From the UHGV virus genome UHGV-0021337: a stretch of DNA of 64,000 nucleotides; one strand, 5' to 3'. The translations under genes were made by a program, and so were the position numbers. Position 1 is the stretch's first letter, and each line of letters begins with the position of its first letter. Shown here one piece after another: positions 37,024 through 47,776 of this stretch. The stretch is from a virus. The notes below the pieces were generated by a model. It saw only the letters and a list, made by a program, of their open reading frames with translations, did not search any database and had not been told where the DNA came from.

Positions 37024-38652
37024 ATGCCTAGTATGCCTATGTTGTATCATTTAGGTAGTATAATACTTTTAGTCGATTTAGTTCCCACAGAGATAGGGTA
37101 TGATTCAAATGATTCTTTTACAAAAGAACAAGTAACTGTTGCAAAAAATAAATTAACCTCTACTACAGCAAGTTTTTCTAATATTACAAATAATGATTAT
37201 GTTGAAGCAAGTTCAGACTACAAAGAACTTTTAACGAAAGCAGGTTGGGAAATCAAATCTGTACAATATCCGAAGATGGCGGGCGAGGGTGGAACCGTTT
37301 ATCATCCTGGCGATACTTTTGACGAGATATCAGGCGCCGATGCGACATACATCACTATCGAAGCGGTGACGCCTGCAACGCCTGAAACTTGGATGCTTAA
37401 TAAACTTGGAACGTCGACATTAGGCAATGAAACTTTCAACGTATCATTTAAGTCAAACAACACTACATATAGTAAAATTGTTTGTGATAGATTTGAAACA
37501 GAGGCATTGTATTATGATAGTACAAAGGCGTGGCAGACAGGAGAATGGCGTAACGAAGCCTATCGCACAATCATATTTGACAGCCCCGTAACCGACACAA
37601 CTCTTTTAACGTGGTTACAAGCAAACGGCACGAAACAAGAAACAGACATTTCAAAAAAACTTACAAAACTAAAATACAAAGTAAGCGACGTATGTCAGTT
37701 GTTCGATAAAGACAAGTATTTCGCTACGAGAACGGCGCACGGCGTGGTTTTTACAAATAACGGCGACGGCAGTTTTACCATAAACGGCACTTGCGATAGC
37801 GACGCGGACGCGGACACCCCGTTGTTTTTACCACCTACGGGATACAGCGTTACATTTGATTTATATTCCATAGAGGGTCATAAGTATTTGCTTATTCCGT
37901 TGCCGCAAGCGTTCAGTTATAGTACGTTGTGTTTTATTTTCGGAAGCCAAGCGACACCTTACTACGAAACTTCCGACACTTATAAGATTTATACTGCTAC
38001 TAAAACGGGAACTTATCCTTGTTATGCAATTTACAGAGTAGGAAAAGGCACGACGATAAATAACCTTACGGTTAAACCTCAACTTTTTGACCTTACAGAA
38101 ATGTACGGGGCGGCCAACGAACCGACTACTCTTGCGGAATTTAGGCAGAAATACCCAAATGATTTATATCCGTATAGTCCGCAATGTTGGTATTCAATTA
38201 ACAAAACAAGATATATAACACCTACAAAAAACTTATTTAATATAAATAACGGTTTTATACGACAAACACGCTGCAATGGTGTTATTGAAAACGGAGTTGC
38301 AACTATAACAGCAACAGCAGTAAATGCAAGTTATTATTTTGCAAAAGTAGATGTAGAAGTAGGAAAAACTTATATTGTAAGTGCTGACTGGACAACTACT
38401 GGCTACTCGTTAGGTTTATTTGTATCTAACGAATCCAGTTATGATACATTTAGTTATGGAAGGATAACTGAGACTACAAGTTCTATCAAAATCGTGGCAA
38501 CTGGAACAGAGTTGTATTTGAAAGGTTATGTTACCTACGATGTGTTGCCTGCGGTAGCAAGGATTAGTAATATTCAAGTGGAAGAAAATTCTGTTAAAAC
38601 CAATTATGTTCCATACGGTTATCTACCACTAAATAAAGGAGTAAAAATATGA
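37024..38652 (+). CDS. putative distal fibre or receptor-binding protein; locally GC-enriched
   Basis: RBS aaaggag before the ATG at 37024. The track ORF starts at a TTG at 37003. Confidence 0.45.
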   Translation: MPSMPMLYHLGSIILLVDLVPTEIGYDSNDSFTKEQVTVAKNKLTSTTASFSNITNNDYVEASSDYKELLTKAGWEIKSVQYPKMAGEGGTVYHPGDTFDEISGADATYITIEAVTPATPETWMLNKLGTSTLGNETFNVSFKSNNTTYSKIVCDRFETEALYYDSTKAWQTGEWRNEAYRTIIFDSPVTDTTLLTWLQANGTKQETDISKKLTKLKYKVSDVCQLFDKDKYFATRTAHGVVFTNNGDGSFTINGTCDSDADADTPLFLPPTGYSVTFDLYSIEGHKYLLIPLPQAFSYSTLCFIFGSQATPYYETSDTYKIYTATKTGTYPCYAIYRVGKGTTINNLTVKPQLFDLTEMYGAANEPTTLAEFRQKYPNDLYPYSPQCWYSINKTRYITPTKNLFNINNGFIRQTRCNGVIENGVATITATAVNASYYFAKVDVEVGKTYIVSADWTTTGYSLGLFVSNESSYDTFSYGRITETTSSIKIVATGTELYLKGYVTYDVLPAVARISNIQVEENSVKTNYVPYGYLPLNKGVKI

Positions 38653-39167
38653 GTGAATTTACACAAGTCGATTTACAAATCGGCACAGAAGCACAGTTTG
38701 AGACAAAGAAAGCGGATTTATCCGAAGGCATTCTTGTAGGACTTACAGACCCGATACACGAAAGTGAGTTGGATAGTGCTTTGCAGACGAAGATTGACGG
38801 GATAAAAAAGGTGTATCTACATCGTATACTAATCGAAGGAACAGACAACCCATCACGCATCGCTTGTATAAACATTATAAACACAGAAGTGACTCCTTAT
38901 ACGTTTGATACTTTTAGAGCGGCGTTAGCGACTAGTTGGTCTTATGACCTTCCTTTCAACGGTTTACCTGTTGTATCAACAAGAAAATTTAATGGAGGTC
39001 CTCCTACTTATTATGACATATTTGATGCAATACAAACAACAAATGAATCAAGTTCAATATCTACTATTACTGTCTACTATAAAGAAGCGTATGATACAAA
39101 CATTTCAAATATGTCGACACAAGAATTTACTCCCGGACAATTTACAGATACAGTAATTGAATTATGA
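38649..39167 (+). CDS. hypothetical protein
   Basis: ATGA overlap with the upstream gene. Confidence 0.45.
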   Translation: MSEFTQVDLQIGTEAQFETKKADLSEGILVGLTDPIHESELDSALQTKIDGIKKVYLHRILIEGTDNPSRIACINIINTEVTPYTFDTFRAALATSWSYDLPFNGLPVVSTRKFNGGPPTYYDIFDAIQTTNESSSISTITVYYKEAYDTNISNMSTQEFTPGQFTDTVIEL

Positions 39168-39181
39168 AAGGAGAAAACTAT

Positions 39182-39640
39182 ATGTATTATTACAAACAAA
39201 CAATTGATGGAAACACTTTTTACTTCACAAGCGAAGAAGCCGTTTCATACGACGGGGCAACGCAAGTAACGAAAGAAGAATACGACGCTTATATGGAAGA
39301 GCAACGCAAAATTGCCGAAGCGTTAAAAAACAAACGTTACTACTACAAGAAAGATAATTCATATCTTAATTTGAAGTCTCCACTCACAAAAGACGGCTAC
39401 GAAGAGATTACCAAAGAAGAGTATGAATTAGCAACAATCAAGACTGTTGAAATTACATACACTAAAGAACAACAATATCCAAAATTAGTAGAAAAATACA
39501 TTAGAGAAAAATATTCTTTATCTGATGAATTAGCAATTTTAAGACAAAGAGATACAAAGTCAGAAGAGTTTACTAATTACTATAACTATGCTGAAGAATG
39601 TAAAGCAAAAGCAAAACAAGAACTTAACATAACAGAATAG
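39182..39640 (+). CDS. hypothetical protein
   Basis: RBS aaaggag before the ATG at 39182. Confidence 0.45.
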   Translation: MYYYKQTIDGNTFYFTSEEAVSYDGATQVTKEEYDAYMEEQRKIAEALKNKRYYYKKDNSYLNLKSPLTKDGYEEITKEEYELATIKTVEITYTKEQQYPKLVEKYIREKYSLSDELAILRQRDTKSEEFTNYYNYAEECKAKAKQELNITE

Positions 39641-39649
39641 TTTACATCT

Positions 39650-39955
39650 ATGAAAGCTCGTTTAATTATAATCTACATTCTTTCTTTAGTGGATTTAGCT
39701 TTTACGTTATATCTAACACATCGATTTGGTGACATTGAAGCAAATCCTGTTGGAAAACTACTTCTTAAAGACACTTTGTTAGCAATCTTATACAAAGTGT
39801 TTGTAGTTGGTATTGCACTTATTCTGCTGTATCATTACCGCGATAATACATTGTCACAAGTTATGTCGTGGATATTGCTCGTAGTCTTTATTTGTCTAGT
39901 TATATATCACATTATACTTGTAGGCATTGTTCACTATATCCTTTTCATTTCTTAA
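39650..39955 (+). CDS. small 3-TM membrane protein
   Basis: Three hydrophobic helices in 101 aa. Confidence 0.45.
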   Translation: MKARLIIIYILSLVDLAFTLYLTHRFGDIEANPVGKLLLKDTLLAILYKVFVVGIALILLYHYRDNTLSQVMSWILLVVFICLVIYHIILVGIVHYILFIS

Positions 39956-40085
39956 TAACCAGTGCAATCGTTGATTATTTCGAGAATAACTAGTACATAT
40001 ATAAATTATTAACAACTTCCGTAACTCCTGTTTTAACCGGGTTGCACTAAGTTGCACAGGTATTATAACAGGTTATCTACTAATA

Positions 40086-40121
40086 AAACGCTAGCAGTAA
40101 AAATGTTAGCGTTTTCTTTTT
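40086..40121 (+). terminator. rho-independent terminator
   Basis: aacgctagcagtaaaaatgttagcgttttcttttt. Confidence 0.55.
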
Positions 40122-40177
40122 GATTGTTCTACTTAAATCCTTTATAATAATAGTATAAATAAGGAAGGTAGTCAAGT

Positions 40178-41365
40178 ATGAAATATCAAGTTTTGAAGAG
40201 TTTGGTTCCTACAATTAAGACTAAGATTGAATCTTATCAGCACAGATTTAGTAGATATAAGTTTGGTCACATTGACTTTACTGTATCCGAACCTTATATA
40301 ATTAGAACTTCTGATAATAGAACTATTCAAGTTGTTGATGTCGATGTTGAAGGAGAGTATAAAATTCCAGGCTGGATATTTGTAGCAAGTCTTGAATGGG
40401 TTCCGGAAGCAGGAACAAACTTAGTTAAACGTGTTGGCAATGATTTACAAATTCCTGAACGCTATCTTAATTCTACCGATTGTGAACATTGTCGCTCAAA
40501 TAGAGACAGAAAGTATACAATTGTTATTTATAACGAGCAAACGAACGAGTTCAAACAAGTAGGCAGACAATGCGTCAAAGATTACATCGGTGCTGATGTT
40601 GAAGATTATCTTTCGTATTTATCTTTATTTGAAAGTATGCAAGAATGGTTCAATAATTTACCGAAAGAAGGAAGAAACAAAGAAGACGCTATTTTCAAAA
40701 CAGATGATATTCTTACACAGACAGTTGAAGAAGTTAACCATGCTGGATATGTAAGTCAGCAAACCATTGCTAACTGGTATGATAGAAATGGATATGATGA
40801 TGCAATGTGTCCGTTAGAAAAAACTTCTTCACAAGTTTACAAAATAATGAATAAAGTTACTGGATATTCAAGTTATGAATTAGTTAGACCTGAGTATGAA
40901 GTTACAGATAAAACGTTAGGTCAAGTTCAAAATATCAAGCACTTTGTAGACGACTTGGTGGATAACAATGAGTATATTCATAACATTAAAGCTCTTTTCA
41001 AAACCGAATACGTTGACAATTCTAAGCTGGGCCTTGTAGTTAGTGCTGTTGGATATTACTTAAGAGAAACGGCTGCAAGAGTTGAAGCAGAAAAAGAAAG
41101 TACTTCTGAATACATAGGAGACATTGGCGATAAGATTGAATTTACTTCAAAACCTGTTGTAGTTAGTAGTTATGAAAACGAGTATGGTGTAAGTGTCCTT
41201 TACAAATTTGTCGACGGTGGTAACGTGATTATGTGGAGAACTGGTAAGCGCCTCGATCCTGATGTTGAATACACGATAAAGGCAACAATAAAAGAACATT
41301 CCGATTTTAGAAATGTTAAACAAACAGTTGTAACCAGAGGTAAAGTTTTAGATGAGCAAGTATAA
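40178..41365 (+). CDS. hypothetical protein (395 aa)
   Basis: RBS aaggaaggtag. Confidence 0.5.
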   Translation: MKYQVLKSLVPTIKTKIESYQHRFSRYKFGHIDFTVSEPYIIRTSDNRTIQVVDVDVEGEYKIPGWIFVASLEWVPEAGTNLVKRVGNDLQIPERYLNSTDCEHCRSNRDRKYTIVIYNEQTNEFKQVGRQCVKDYIGADVEDYLSYLSLFESMQEWFNNLPKEGRNKEDAIFKTDDILTQTVEEVNHAGYVSQQTIANWYDRNGYDDAMCPLEKTSSQVYKIMNKVTGYSSYELVRPEYEVTDKTLGQVQNIKHFVDDLVDNNEYIHNIKALFKTEYVDNSKLGLVVSAVGYYLRETAARVEAEKESTSEYIGDIGDKIEFTSKPVVVSSYENEYGVSVLYKFVDGGNVIMWRTGKRLDPDVEYTIKATIKEHSDFRNVKQTVVTRGKVLDEQV

Positions 41366-41510
41366 AGTATGGGTTTCTATACCACAAGCAATAGATGTAG
41401 AAGCAGAGTCTGAAGAAAATGCAAAGGAAAAAGTTTTAACTTACTTAGTTAATACAAAGCAAATAAAACCAGCTGATTATATCGAGTTAGAAGTAACTCA
41501 GATAAGATAG
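41352..41510 (+). CDS. small hypothetical protein (52 aa)
   Basis: The ATG overlaps the upstream gene end. Not in the track. Confidence 0.3.
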   Translation: MSKYKVWVSIPQAIDVEAESEENAKEKVLTYLVNTKQIKPADYIELEVTQIR

Positions 41511-41563
41511 TTGATTTATCTATAAACATTAACTATGTCAAAGTATATAAGTTAGAGGATTAT

Positions 41564-41911
41564 ATGAATGACTTTAATAAACTTTGGGAAGAACTAAACA
41601 AACAAGAAAAAGAAGAGTTTATCGACGAAAGTGATTTCAATGCATTTCAATCTTACATATCCGAACCTAGCACAGTTTTGATGGAAATGGCTAATGTAAG
41701 AGGAATGGATGTAAAAGTAGACTCGTACTTACCATTTTCGTTTCATTTTTGTAGTAAAGATGCAGTTGATCAACAACACGGAATAAGAGCAAAGATAATA
41801 TGGAATCCATCAAAAGCTCCGTATAGTGCAGATGGATATATGGAACTGCACGGTAACTATGACTACGTTGTAGGAAGCCATAAATACAAACCCAGTGAAA
41901 AAAGAGATTAA
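41564..41911 (+). CDS. hypothetical protein
   Basis: RBS agaggatta. Confidence 0.45.
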   Translation: MNDFNKLWEELNKQEKEEFIDESDFNAFQSYISEPSTVLMEMANVRGMDVKVDSYLPFSFHFCSKDAVDQQHGIRAKIIWNPSKAPYSADGYMELHGNYDYVVGSHKYKPSEKRD

Positions 41912-42143
41912 AATAGCAAGAGATTTCTTTAAGAAATACAAAGTTCTTTTTGCAGCTGTTTGGGAAAATGTTTTGTATGACGGAGACCTACAAGATTACT
42001 TTAGAGGTAGAGTTGATTTCAAACAACTATTAACACTTTTCGACCTGAAAGGAAAAGATTACTACAACGTGAATCACTGTAAGACAATTCAAGAATTAGA
42101 GACATGTATTCGTAGAAATAAAATTTTCAGTTTGAATGATTAA
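41895..42143 (+). CDS. hypothetical protein (GTG start)
   Basis: ORF. Confidence 0.4.
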   Translation: MKKEIKIARDFFKKYKVLFAAVWENVLYDGDLQDYFRGRVDFKQLLTLFDLKGKDYYNVNHCKTIQELETCIRRNKIFSLND

Positions 42144-42167
42144 ACTGCATACTATACAAGTTTATTT

Positions 42168-42202
42168 TTAAGAACCAGGTTATCTACTTGGTTCTTTTTT
42201 AA
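42168..42202 (+). terminator. rho-independent terminator
   Basis: aagaaccaggttatctacttggttctttttt. Confidence 0.55.
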
Positions 42203-42247
42203 TTTTACTATATAATATAATTGTAAAATAAATAAAGAGGTGCGTAT

Positions 42248-42568
42248 ATGAACAATTATATGAAGAATGATTTAGCTATGTTTCACGATTACATTAGCAA
42301 CTTACAATTAGGTGATGCTATAATTCCTGTGTATCCGAAAGAACTTAGAGGAAAGATAGTTAAGATTTGGAATGGTAGATACCAGGCTATTGCTATAGTG
42401 CCTGAAAGTAGCCCGAATAAGGTTAAACTTTACTCTGCTAATGGGGCTGAAGGTCGTTTTAAGCCTGTTTATTACAAAGACGAACTTTATTCAGAAATGA
42501 CTTCTGAAGAAGCAGCAGAGTGGAAACAGTTTCTCCGTAATTACTCTAAAACATTGAAAAATAAATAA
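42248..42568 (+). CDS. hypothetical protein
   Basis: RBS aagaggtg. Confidence 0.45.
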   Translation: MNNYMKNDLAMFHDYISNLQLGDAIIPVYPKELRGKIVKIWNGRYQAIAIVPESSPNKVKLYSANGAEGRFKPVYYKDELYSEMTSEEAAEWKQFLRNYSKTLKNK

Positions 42569-42587
42569 TAGATACAGAGGTATAATT

Positions 42588-42815
42588 ATGTCTGAAGTAC
42601 GTTTTATAGAATGGTGTTTTATTCCAGTTCTCTTTATAGCGTCGCTTGGTAGTGGAATCTTTGCACTCATTAACTGGCAGAACGCGAGTGTAGACTGGGC
42701 TTGCCCCATTGTATTTATTCTTGGAGTTGTATCGTTGATACTCGCAGGAATGTTACTTGCTATCTGGATTATACTTTTCGCGATATGCGAGAGTGATGAT
42801 GAGGCATTAAAATGA
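42588..42815 (+). CDS. small 2-TM membrane protein
   Basis: Two hydrophobic helices. Confidence 0.45.
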   Translation: MSEVRFIEWCFIPVLFIASLGSGIFALINWQNASVDWACPIVFILGVVSLILAGMLLAIWIILFAICESDDEALK

Positions 42816-43183
42816 GTGTGGAAACTGTAGATTTGAAAAACTATAAGCGTTTGACTAAACAAGAAAAGTTAATTGCAATAACTACTCTTAAACCTATTTA
42901 TAGCGGAAAACCTTCGGAAGATGCCTTATATAATAGACTTGCTGAATTAGAAGATAAGATTGAAGATGGAACTTTAGTTGAGTCTTCCGAAGTATTATCT
43001 CAACAGGAACTCAAAGAAATACGACAAGAAGTGATAAAAGAATTTATTCAAGAAATTTGTAAAGAGCTTTGGGATGTAAGAAGAACTCCTGACGGAAAAA
43101 AGATTCATTGCGGTGACATAACTAGTATTGACCTTTGGAGAATTGCAAAAAACAAGTTTGGTATTGAGGTGAAAAATGACTAA
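42812..43183 (+). CDS. paralog of 14883..15308 (NYKRLT...YNRLAELEDKIEDGTLVES)
   Basis: Shared motifs read in both translations. Confidence 0.5.
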   Translation: MSVETVDLKNYKRLTKQEKLIAITTLKPIYSGKPSEDALYNRLAELEDKIEDGTLVESSEVLSQQELKEIRQEVIKEFIQEICKELWDVRRTPDGKKIHCGDITSIDLWRIAKNKFGIEVKND

Positions 43184-43331
43184 TCTTGAAAAGATAAAGA
43201 ATATGAGTCTTGAAGAGTTTGCTGAATACATTTATCGATTAGCAGATTGCAGAGAATGTCCTATCTACTGTACTAGTGGAGATTGTAAGACTGCATGGAA
43301 AGATTATCTAAACAAGGAGACAGATCTATGA
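43176..43331 (+). CDS. small Cys-rich protein MTNLEKIKNMS...CRECPIYC; paralog of 14120..14305
   Basis: ATG overlaps the upstream stop. Not in the ORF track (51 aa). Confidence 0.45.
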   Translation: MTNLEKIKNMSLEEFAEYIYRLADCRECPIYCTSGDCKTAWKDYLNKETDL

Positions 43332-43579
43332 TATATCTGGGCAATTTATCAGTGGAGCAGATTGAAAGAGAATATGACGTTGTATTCTCTGAAGAAGATA
43401 AACAATGGCTGAATGAACATCATCAAGACAACGCCGACAATATCCGGAAAGACAAGTATCATTTTTTCGATATACCAAGAATTATAGTTGCAGGCAGTGC
43501 TGAATTTGCGAAAGAACTTTACAACAGACTTACTAAATATCAATTTAACGGTCAGTTTAGGATAGGAGTGGAAGAATGA
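43328..43579 (+). CDS. hypothetical protein
   Basis: RBS acaaggagacag. The track ORF starts earlier, at 43295. Confidence 0.45.
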   Translation: MIYLGNLSVEQIEREYDVVFSEEDKQWLNEHHQDNADNIRKDKYHFFDIPRIIVAGSAEFAKELYNRLTKYQFNGQFRIGVEE

Positions 43580-43998
43580 TAAAGTGTAAATTTTATTCGA
43601 AAAAGATTATTGAAACCATGCTGGCTTTAACGATTGCCGTAATGATGATTTTTACTTTTGGTTGCAGTCAAGCAGAAACAATGAAACACAATATCCAACA
43701 GGAAGCGAACAAGTTCAATGTCTATCGAAAGATTACGTTTGTAAATCTATATACGGGGCAACTTCTTTATAGCGCGGAAGGCTATTTTTCTTTACAGACT
43801 ACATACGAAAACGATTATCAAGGGCAGCAGGAAATAGGTCTTGTATTTAACGTCGCTAAGGACAAGTATAAAATGGACTATTTCAGTATCGCCGAAAACG
43901 TATGCTATGTTATCGAGCAAACCGAAAACACTACAGGCAATCCGTATTACTGGAAAATCGTTTGGTATATAGCAATTCCCGAAAACGTAGGCGGTTAA
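43576..43998 (+). CDS. putative lipoprotein
   Basis: Signal peptide with K-rich n-region, hydrophobic core and lipobox IFTFG-C-S. Confidence 0.5.
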   Translation: MIKCKFYSKKIIETMLALTIAVMMIFTFGCSQAETMKHNIQQEANKFNVYRKITFVNLYTGQLLYSAEGYFSLQTTYENDYQGQQEIGLVFNVAKDKYKMDYFSIAENVCYVIEQTENTTGNPYYWKIVWYIAIPENVGG

Positions 43999-44017
43999 AG
44001 CAAGGAATATAAAATAA

Positions 44018-44284
44018 ATGATTGAAGTTATTAAAACAGGAAATACTCGTTTTACTATGGAATGTGATAGATGTGGCTACGAGTTTACATATAACTTAAG
44101 TGACTTAAATTGTATGGACCACATAGATTGCCCGTGCTGTGGGAAATCCTTGTATCATATAGGTTATAAAAAGAATAAAAAAGCAGATTCTGGTGACGAG
44201 TTTTTCAAGATTATAAAAGCTATCCAAGAAACAGGAAAAGCAGATTTTTCAAAAATAAGTATTCCCACATATAAAATTTTGTAA
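44018..44284 (+). CDS. zinc-ribbon protein
   Basis: CDRCGY...CPCCG. Confidence 0.45.
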   Translation: MIEVIKTGNTRFTMECDRCGYEFTYNLSDLNCMDHIDCPCCGKSLYHIGYKKNKKADSGDEFFKIIKAIQETGKADFSKISIPTYKIL

Positions 44285-44299
44285 TACGGAGAAGAAACA

Positions 44300-44773
44300 A
44301 TGACGAAAGAACAGCAGATTGAAGAAACAGGAAAGAAAAACGTAGTTAAAGAGTGCGAACAAAATAAAAGTTTATACGATTGTTCGCAAGGTGCTTTTAT
44401 GACTTCTAAAATTGGGGATTTACCTTTAACAGTTGAAGGATTAAGAAAAGCAGTTGACGAGATTACGAGACTTAATAACGTTGAAGCCGAACTGCAAGAA
44501 CTTAATATGAAATATTACAACGAAGCGAAAGATTTAAGGCGAGAATTAGCAAAAGCAGAAGCCGAAAACGAAAAGCGATTAAAGGCTAACGAAGATTTTG
44601 CAACAAAACATTGCCGTATGAAATGTGAAATTGCAAAACTGCGTGTCAAAGAGTTCGCGATAAATTTGAAAAAAGTAATACACGAAAGAGATTATGTCCA
44701 AGGATACGCGGAAATAGGTTTAATCGAAGAAATCGACGAACTACTAAAGGAGTACGAAAGTGGAAATGACTAA
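44300..44773 (+). CDS. coiled-coil protein
   Basis: Heptad-like, charged helical sequence. Confidence 0.45.
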   Translation: MTKEQQIEETGKKNVVKECEQNKSLYDCSQGAFMTSKIGDLPLTVEGLRKAVDEITRLNNVEAELQELNMKYYNEAKDLRRELAKAEAENEKRLKANEDFATKHCRMKCEIAKLRVKEFAINLKKVIHERDYVQGYAEIGLIEEIDELLKEYESGND

Positions 44774-45257
44774 TTTATATTTAGAAAGAATTGGGCTCAT
44801 AAGACCAACGATAGTTAAACGCAATAACAATGGAGAAATCGAACGACTTGAGTCAATTGGTCTTGACATAGCAAGTTTGGTCGCTTTTTGGAGGAAGTGC
44901 TTTGATTTGAACGAGCCTCTTTTCGAGAAAATTATTCTTCATTGTAAGTCGAAAGATTTTAATGCAATGGGTCAGCGAACATTGGCGACGCGCCGTAGCG
45001 TAAGAGAATTGCTCGCAGAACAGGGCGTTGAGTGTGTGATAGATGACGAGTGGTTTGAAAATCGTGAAGTTAAAAGCGAAAACGAAAGAATTGCAGTAAA
45101 GAGAGCTATTAAAGAGTTTGCGGGGAAGTTAACAGACTATGTCAATAATAAAGTAATGGAAGATTTTGACGATAGCGAAAGTGTGAAATATTATACCATT
45201 GATTTAGACGAGTTTGAAAGCAAAATCGACGAACTGTTAAAGGACTACGAGAAATGA
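44760..45257 (+). CDS. hypothetical protein
   Basis: ORF. Confidence 0.45.
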   Translation: MEMTNLYLERIGLIRPTIVKRNNNGEIERLESIGLDIASLVAFWRKCFDLNEPLFEKIILHCKSKDFNAMGQRTLATRRSVRELLAEQGVECVIDDEWFENREVKSENERIAVKRAIKEFAGKLTDYVNNKVMEDFDDSESVKYYTIDLDEFESKIDELLKDYEK

Positions 45258-45536
45258 TTAACCAGAAAATAGTAGGGTGCGAACATATTGCCGATACCAT
45301 TAACGAAATAGGTGAAGATAAAATTTTGAGCATTGTTCCTATACATTCTTATGATGGTAGTTTAATTGTAATTCTTTACAAAGACAAGATATAGGAATTG
45401 TTAAAAACTACTGTTGATAATTCGGTTAATTCTACTCAAACACTTAACTAAAATAAAACACGCACTGTAATTTTGTATATGAATTGATAACGAATTCAAC
45501 GTATCAATTCATTTTATTGAATAAGGAGATTACATT

Positions 45537-45740
45537 ATGGATAACTTAATACTATACACAATACATTGTCCCAAATGCATAGTTCTACAAAAGAAACTTG
45601 ATGCAAAAGGACTAAACTACATCACTTGTGAAGACACGAATACTATGCAAAAACTTGGTATTAACATACTTCCTGTTTTGCAAGTTAACAACAAATTTTT
45701 ATCGTTTTCAGAAGCAGTACAATACATAGAACTACAATAA
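45537..45740 (+). CDS. nrdH: glutaredoxin-like (NrdH-type) small redoxin
   Basis: YTIHCPKC CxxC motif at the N-terminus of a 67-aa protein. Sits immediately upstream of nrdD. Confidence 0.5.
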   Translation: MDNLILYTIHCPKCIVLQKKLDAKGLNYITCEDTNTMQKLGINILPVLQVNNKFLSFSEAVQYIELQ

Positions 45741-45759
45741 TAAAACTAGAAGGACTAAT

Positions 45760-47688
45760 ATGAATATTGAACTTAAACTTAACACTGATTTTGAACGTTG
45801 CCTTGACGAACTTAGAAATAAGTACGGCGAAGATTTTGAAAAGATAAATGGTCTTCATCCGAGCCAGCAAGATAGTACCGAATTTTTAGCTATGTTTACA
45901 AATAATGATACGTTAGCTGATACAACTGTTGACCCGAATGCTAATGCTAATCACAGAGACATACATTCTTTTATAACAGAAAAAGGAAAGAGTCAAGATA
46001 AGTTATTTGGATTGAATAAGATATTTATTGAGATAAAGAAGAAGTGGGGTCTTAGAACCGCAAAACAATGGTTTGAAGCTGAATTTAGTAAAGCACTTTA
46101 TTTGAATGACGCTGCTAGCTGTAGTTATATTCCATACTGCTGGGCAAACGACTTAACGCGACTTGCAAAAGAAGGACTATTCTTTTTAACTAACTACAAT
46201 AATCAAGGTCCTAAACATCTTACAACATTTCTGGACGATATTATTGAGTTTGTGTCTTTTCTATCAAATAGGCAAAGTGGAGCTGTAGGACTACCTAACT
46301 TAATTGTTTGGTCATATTATTTCTGGAAAAAGGATTGCGAAACTGGTTACTATATAAAAGATAAAGATTACTATCTTAGACAGTGTTTTCAGAAGCTTAT
46401 ATATAGACTTAATCAGCCTTTCTTGAGACTTGACCAAACTGCGTTCACAAATGTCTCTATATTTGACAGACCTTACATCGAAGCATTATTTGGAGGAGTC
46501 GAATTTCCTGACGGGTCATTTGTTATTGATGAAGTAGAGGAAATAATTGCGTGTGAAAAAGTGTTCATGGAAGTTGTAAGTGAAATAAGAGCCGAATCTA
46601 TGTTTACTTTCCCTGTAATAACTGATAGTTTGCTTGTAGATAAAGATAAACATTTTGTTGACCAGGAATTTGCTAGATGGTGCTCTGACCACAATGTTAA
46701 GTGGCAGGATGCTAACTTCTTTATTAGTGAAGATGTTGGAACACTTAGTAATTGTTGTCGACTTTTAAGTTCAACTAAAAAATTGTCTGGATTCCAGAAT
46801 AGTATTGGTGGTAGTGCATTAAGTATAGGGTCATGTAGAGTTTCAACTATAAATCTTGCTCGTATAGCTTATGAATCCAAACTAAATAAGAAAAAGTATT
46901 TGCAAATTCTTGCCGACCGTGTTACACTAGATTGTAAAGCTCTTTATTCAATGCGCCACATATTAAAACGAAACATAGAAAAAGGTTTGTTGCCTAACTA
47001 TCAAGAAGGAGCTCTTGAATTAGATAAGCAGTATTGCACTGTTGGTATTTTAGGATTATACGAAGTTATGGATATGTTTGGTCTTATCAACACAGACGAA
47101 TTTGGAAATAAGTCCTACACAGACGAAGCGGTTGAATTTGCAAAAGACATATTCAAAACTATAAACGACATCAAAGATAATTTTACGGACGAATTTTCTT
47201 TCAACGTTGAGCAGATACCCGGAGAAAATACTTGTGGAGTTCTTGCAACTGCAGACAATTTATTGTATGAACAAAACAAATACTACATATACGCAAACCA
47301 GTGGCTCCCGTTGCGTGAAAAATGTACACTGCAAGAAAAATGCAGACTTAGTTCTATTTTTGACAATCTTTGTTCAGGTGGAGCAATTGCTCATATAAAC
47401 ATTGAGGGCAGATTCCCAACTAAAGACACTGCTTGGGATATGCTTAATTATATAGCGCAACAAGGAGTTATTTATTCTGCATTCAACACAAAAATAAATG
47501 TATGCAAACATAAACATGCTTTCATAGGTAGTAATACCTGTCCTAGATGCGGTGAGCCGGTTGCAGACAGGTTCACGAGAGTAGTTGGGTTCTATGTTCC
47601 GGTAACAAATTTCCAGAAGATTCGGAAAAAAGAATTCGACGAAAGAAAATGGTACAATGTGCTAAATAGCAAAGATATTATAAATTAA
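45760..47688 (+). CDS. nrdD: anaerobic ribonucleoside-triphosphate reductase
   Basis: 642 aa. C-terminal Zn-ribbon CPRCGEPV and glycyl-radical-type motif TRVVGFY at the C-terminus. Confidence 0.75.
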   Translation: MNIELKLNTDFERCLDELRNKYGEDFEKINGLHPSQQDSTEFLAMFTNNDTLADTTVDPNANANHRDIHSFITEKGKSQDKLFGLNKIFIEIKKKWGLRTAKQWFEAEFSKALYLNDAASCSYIPYCWANDLTRLAKEGLFFLTNYNNQGPKHLTTFLDDIIEFVSFLSNRQSGAVGLPNLIVWSYYFWKKDCETGYYIKDKDYYLRQCFQKLIYRLNQPFLRLDQTAFTNVSIFDRPYIEALFGGVEFPDGSFVIDEVEEIIACEKVFMEVVSEIRAESMFTFPVITDSLLVDKDKHFVDQEFARWCSDHNVKWQDANFFISEDVGTLSNCCRLLSSTKKLSGFQNSIGGSALSIGSCRVSTINLARIAYESKLNKKKYLQILADRVTLDCKALYSMRHILKRNIEKGLLPNYQEGALELDKQYCTVGILGLYEVMDMFGLINTDEFGNKSYTDEAVEFAKDIFKTINDIKDNFTDEFSFNVEQIPGENTCGVLATADNLLYEQNKYYIYANQWLPLREKCTLQEKCRLSSIFDNLCSGGAIAHINIEGRFPTKDTAWDMLNYIAQQGVIYSAFNTKINVCKHKHAFIGSNTCPRCGEPVADRFTRVVGFYVPVTNFQKIRKKEFDERKWYNVLNSKDIIN

Positions 47689-47699
47689 CGCAAAAAAAA

Positions 47700-47732
47700 A
47701 TAGGCAAGCTAAAATGCTGCTTGCCTATTTGA
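47700..47732 (+). terminator. hairpin terminator
   Basis: taggcaagctaaaatgctgcttgcctattt. Confidence 0.45.
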
Positions 47733-47776
47733 TTGTTTTACAGGTATTTTATATAATCTATATAAGAGGTAAACTT

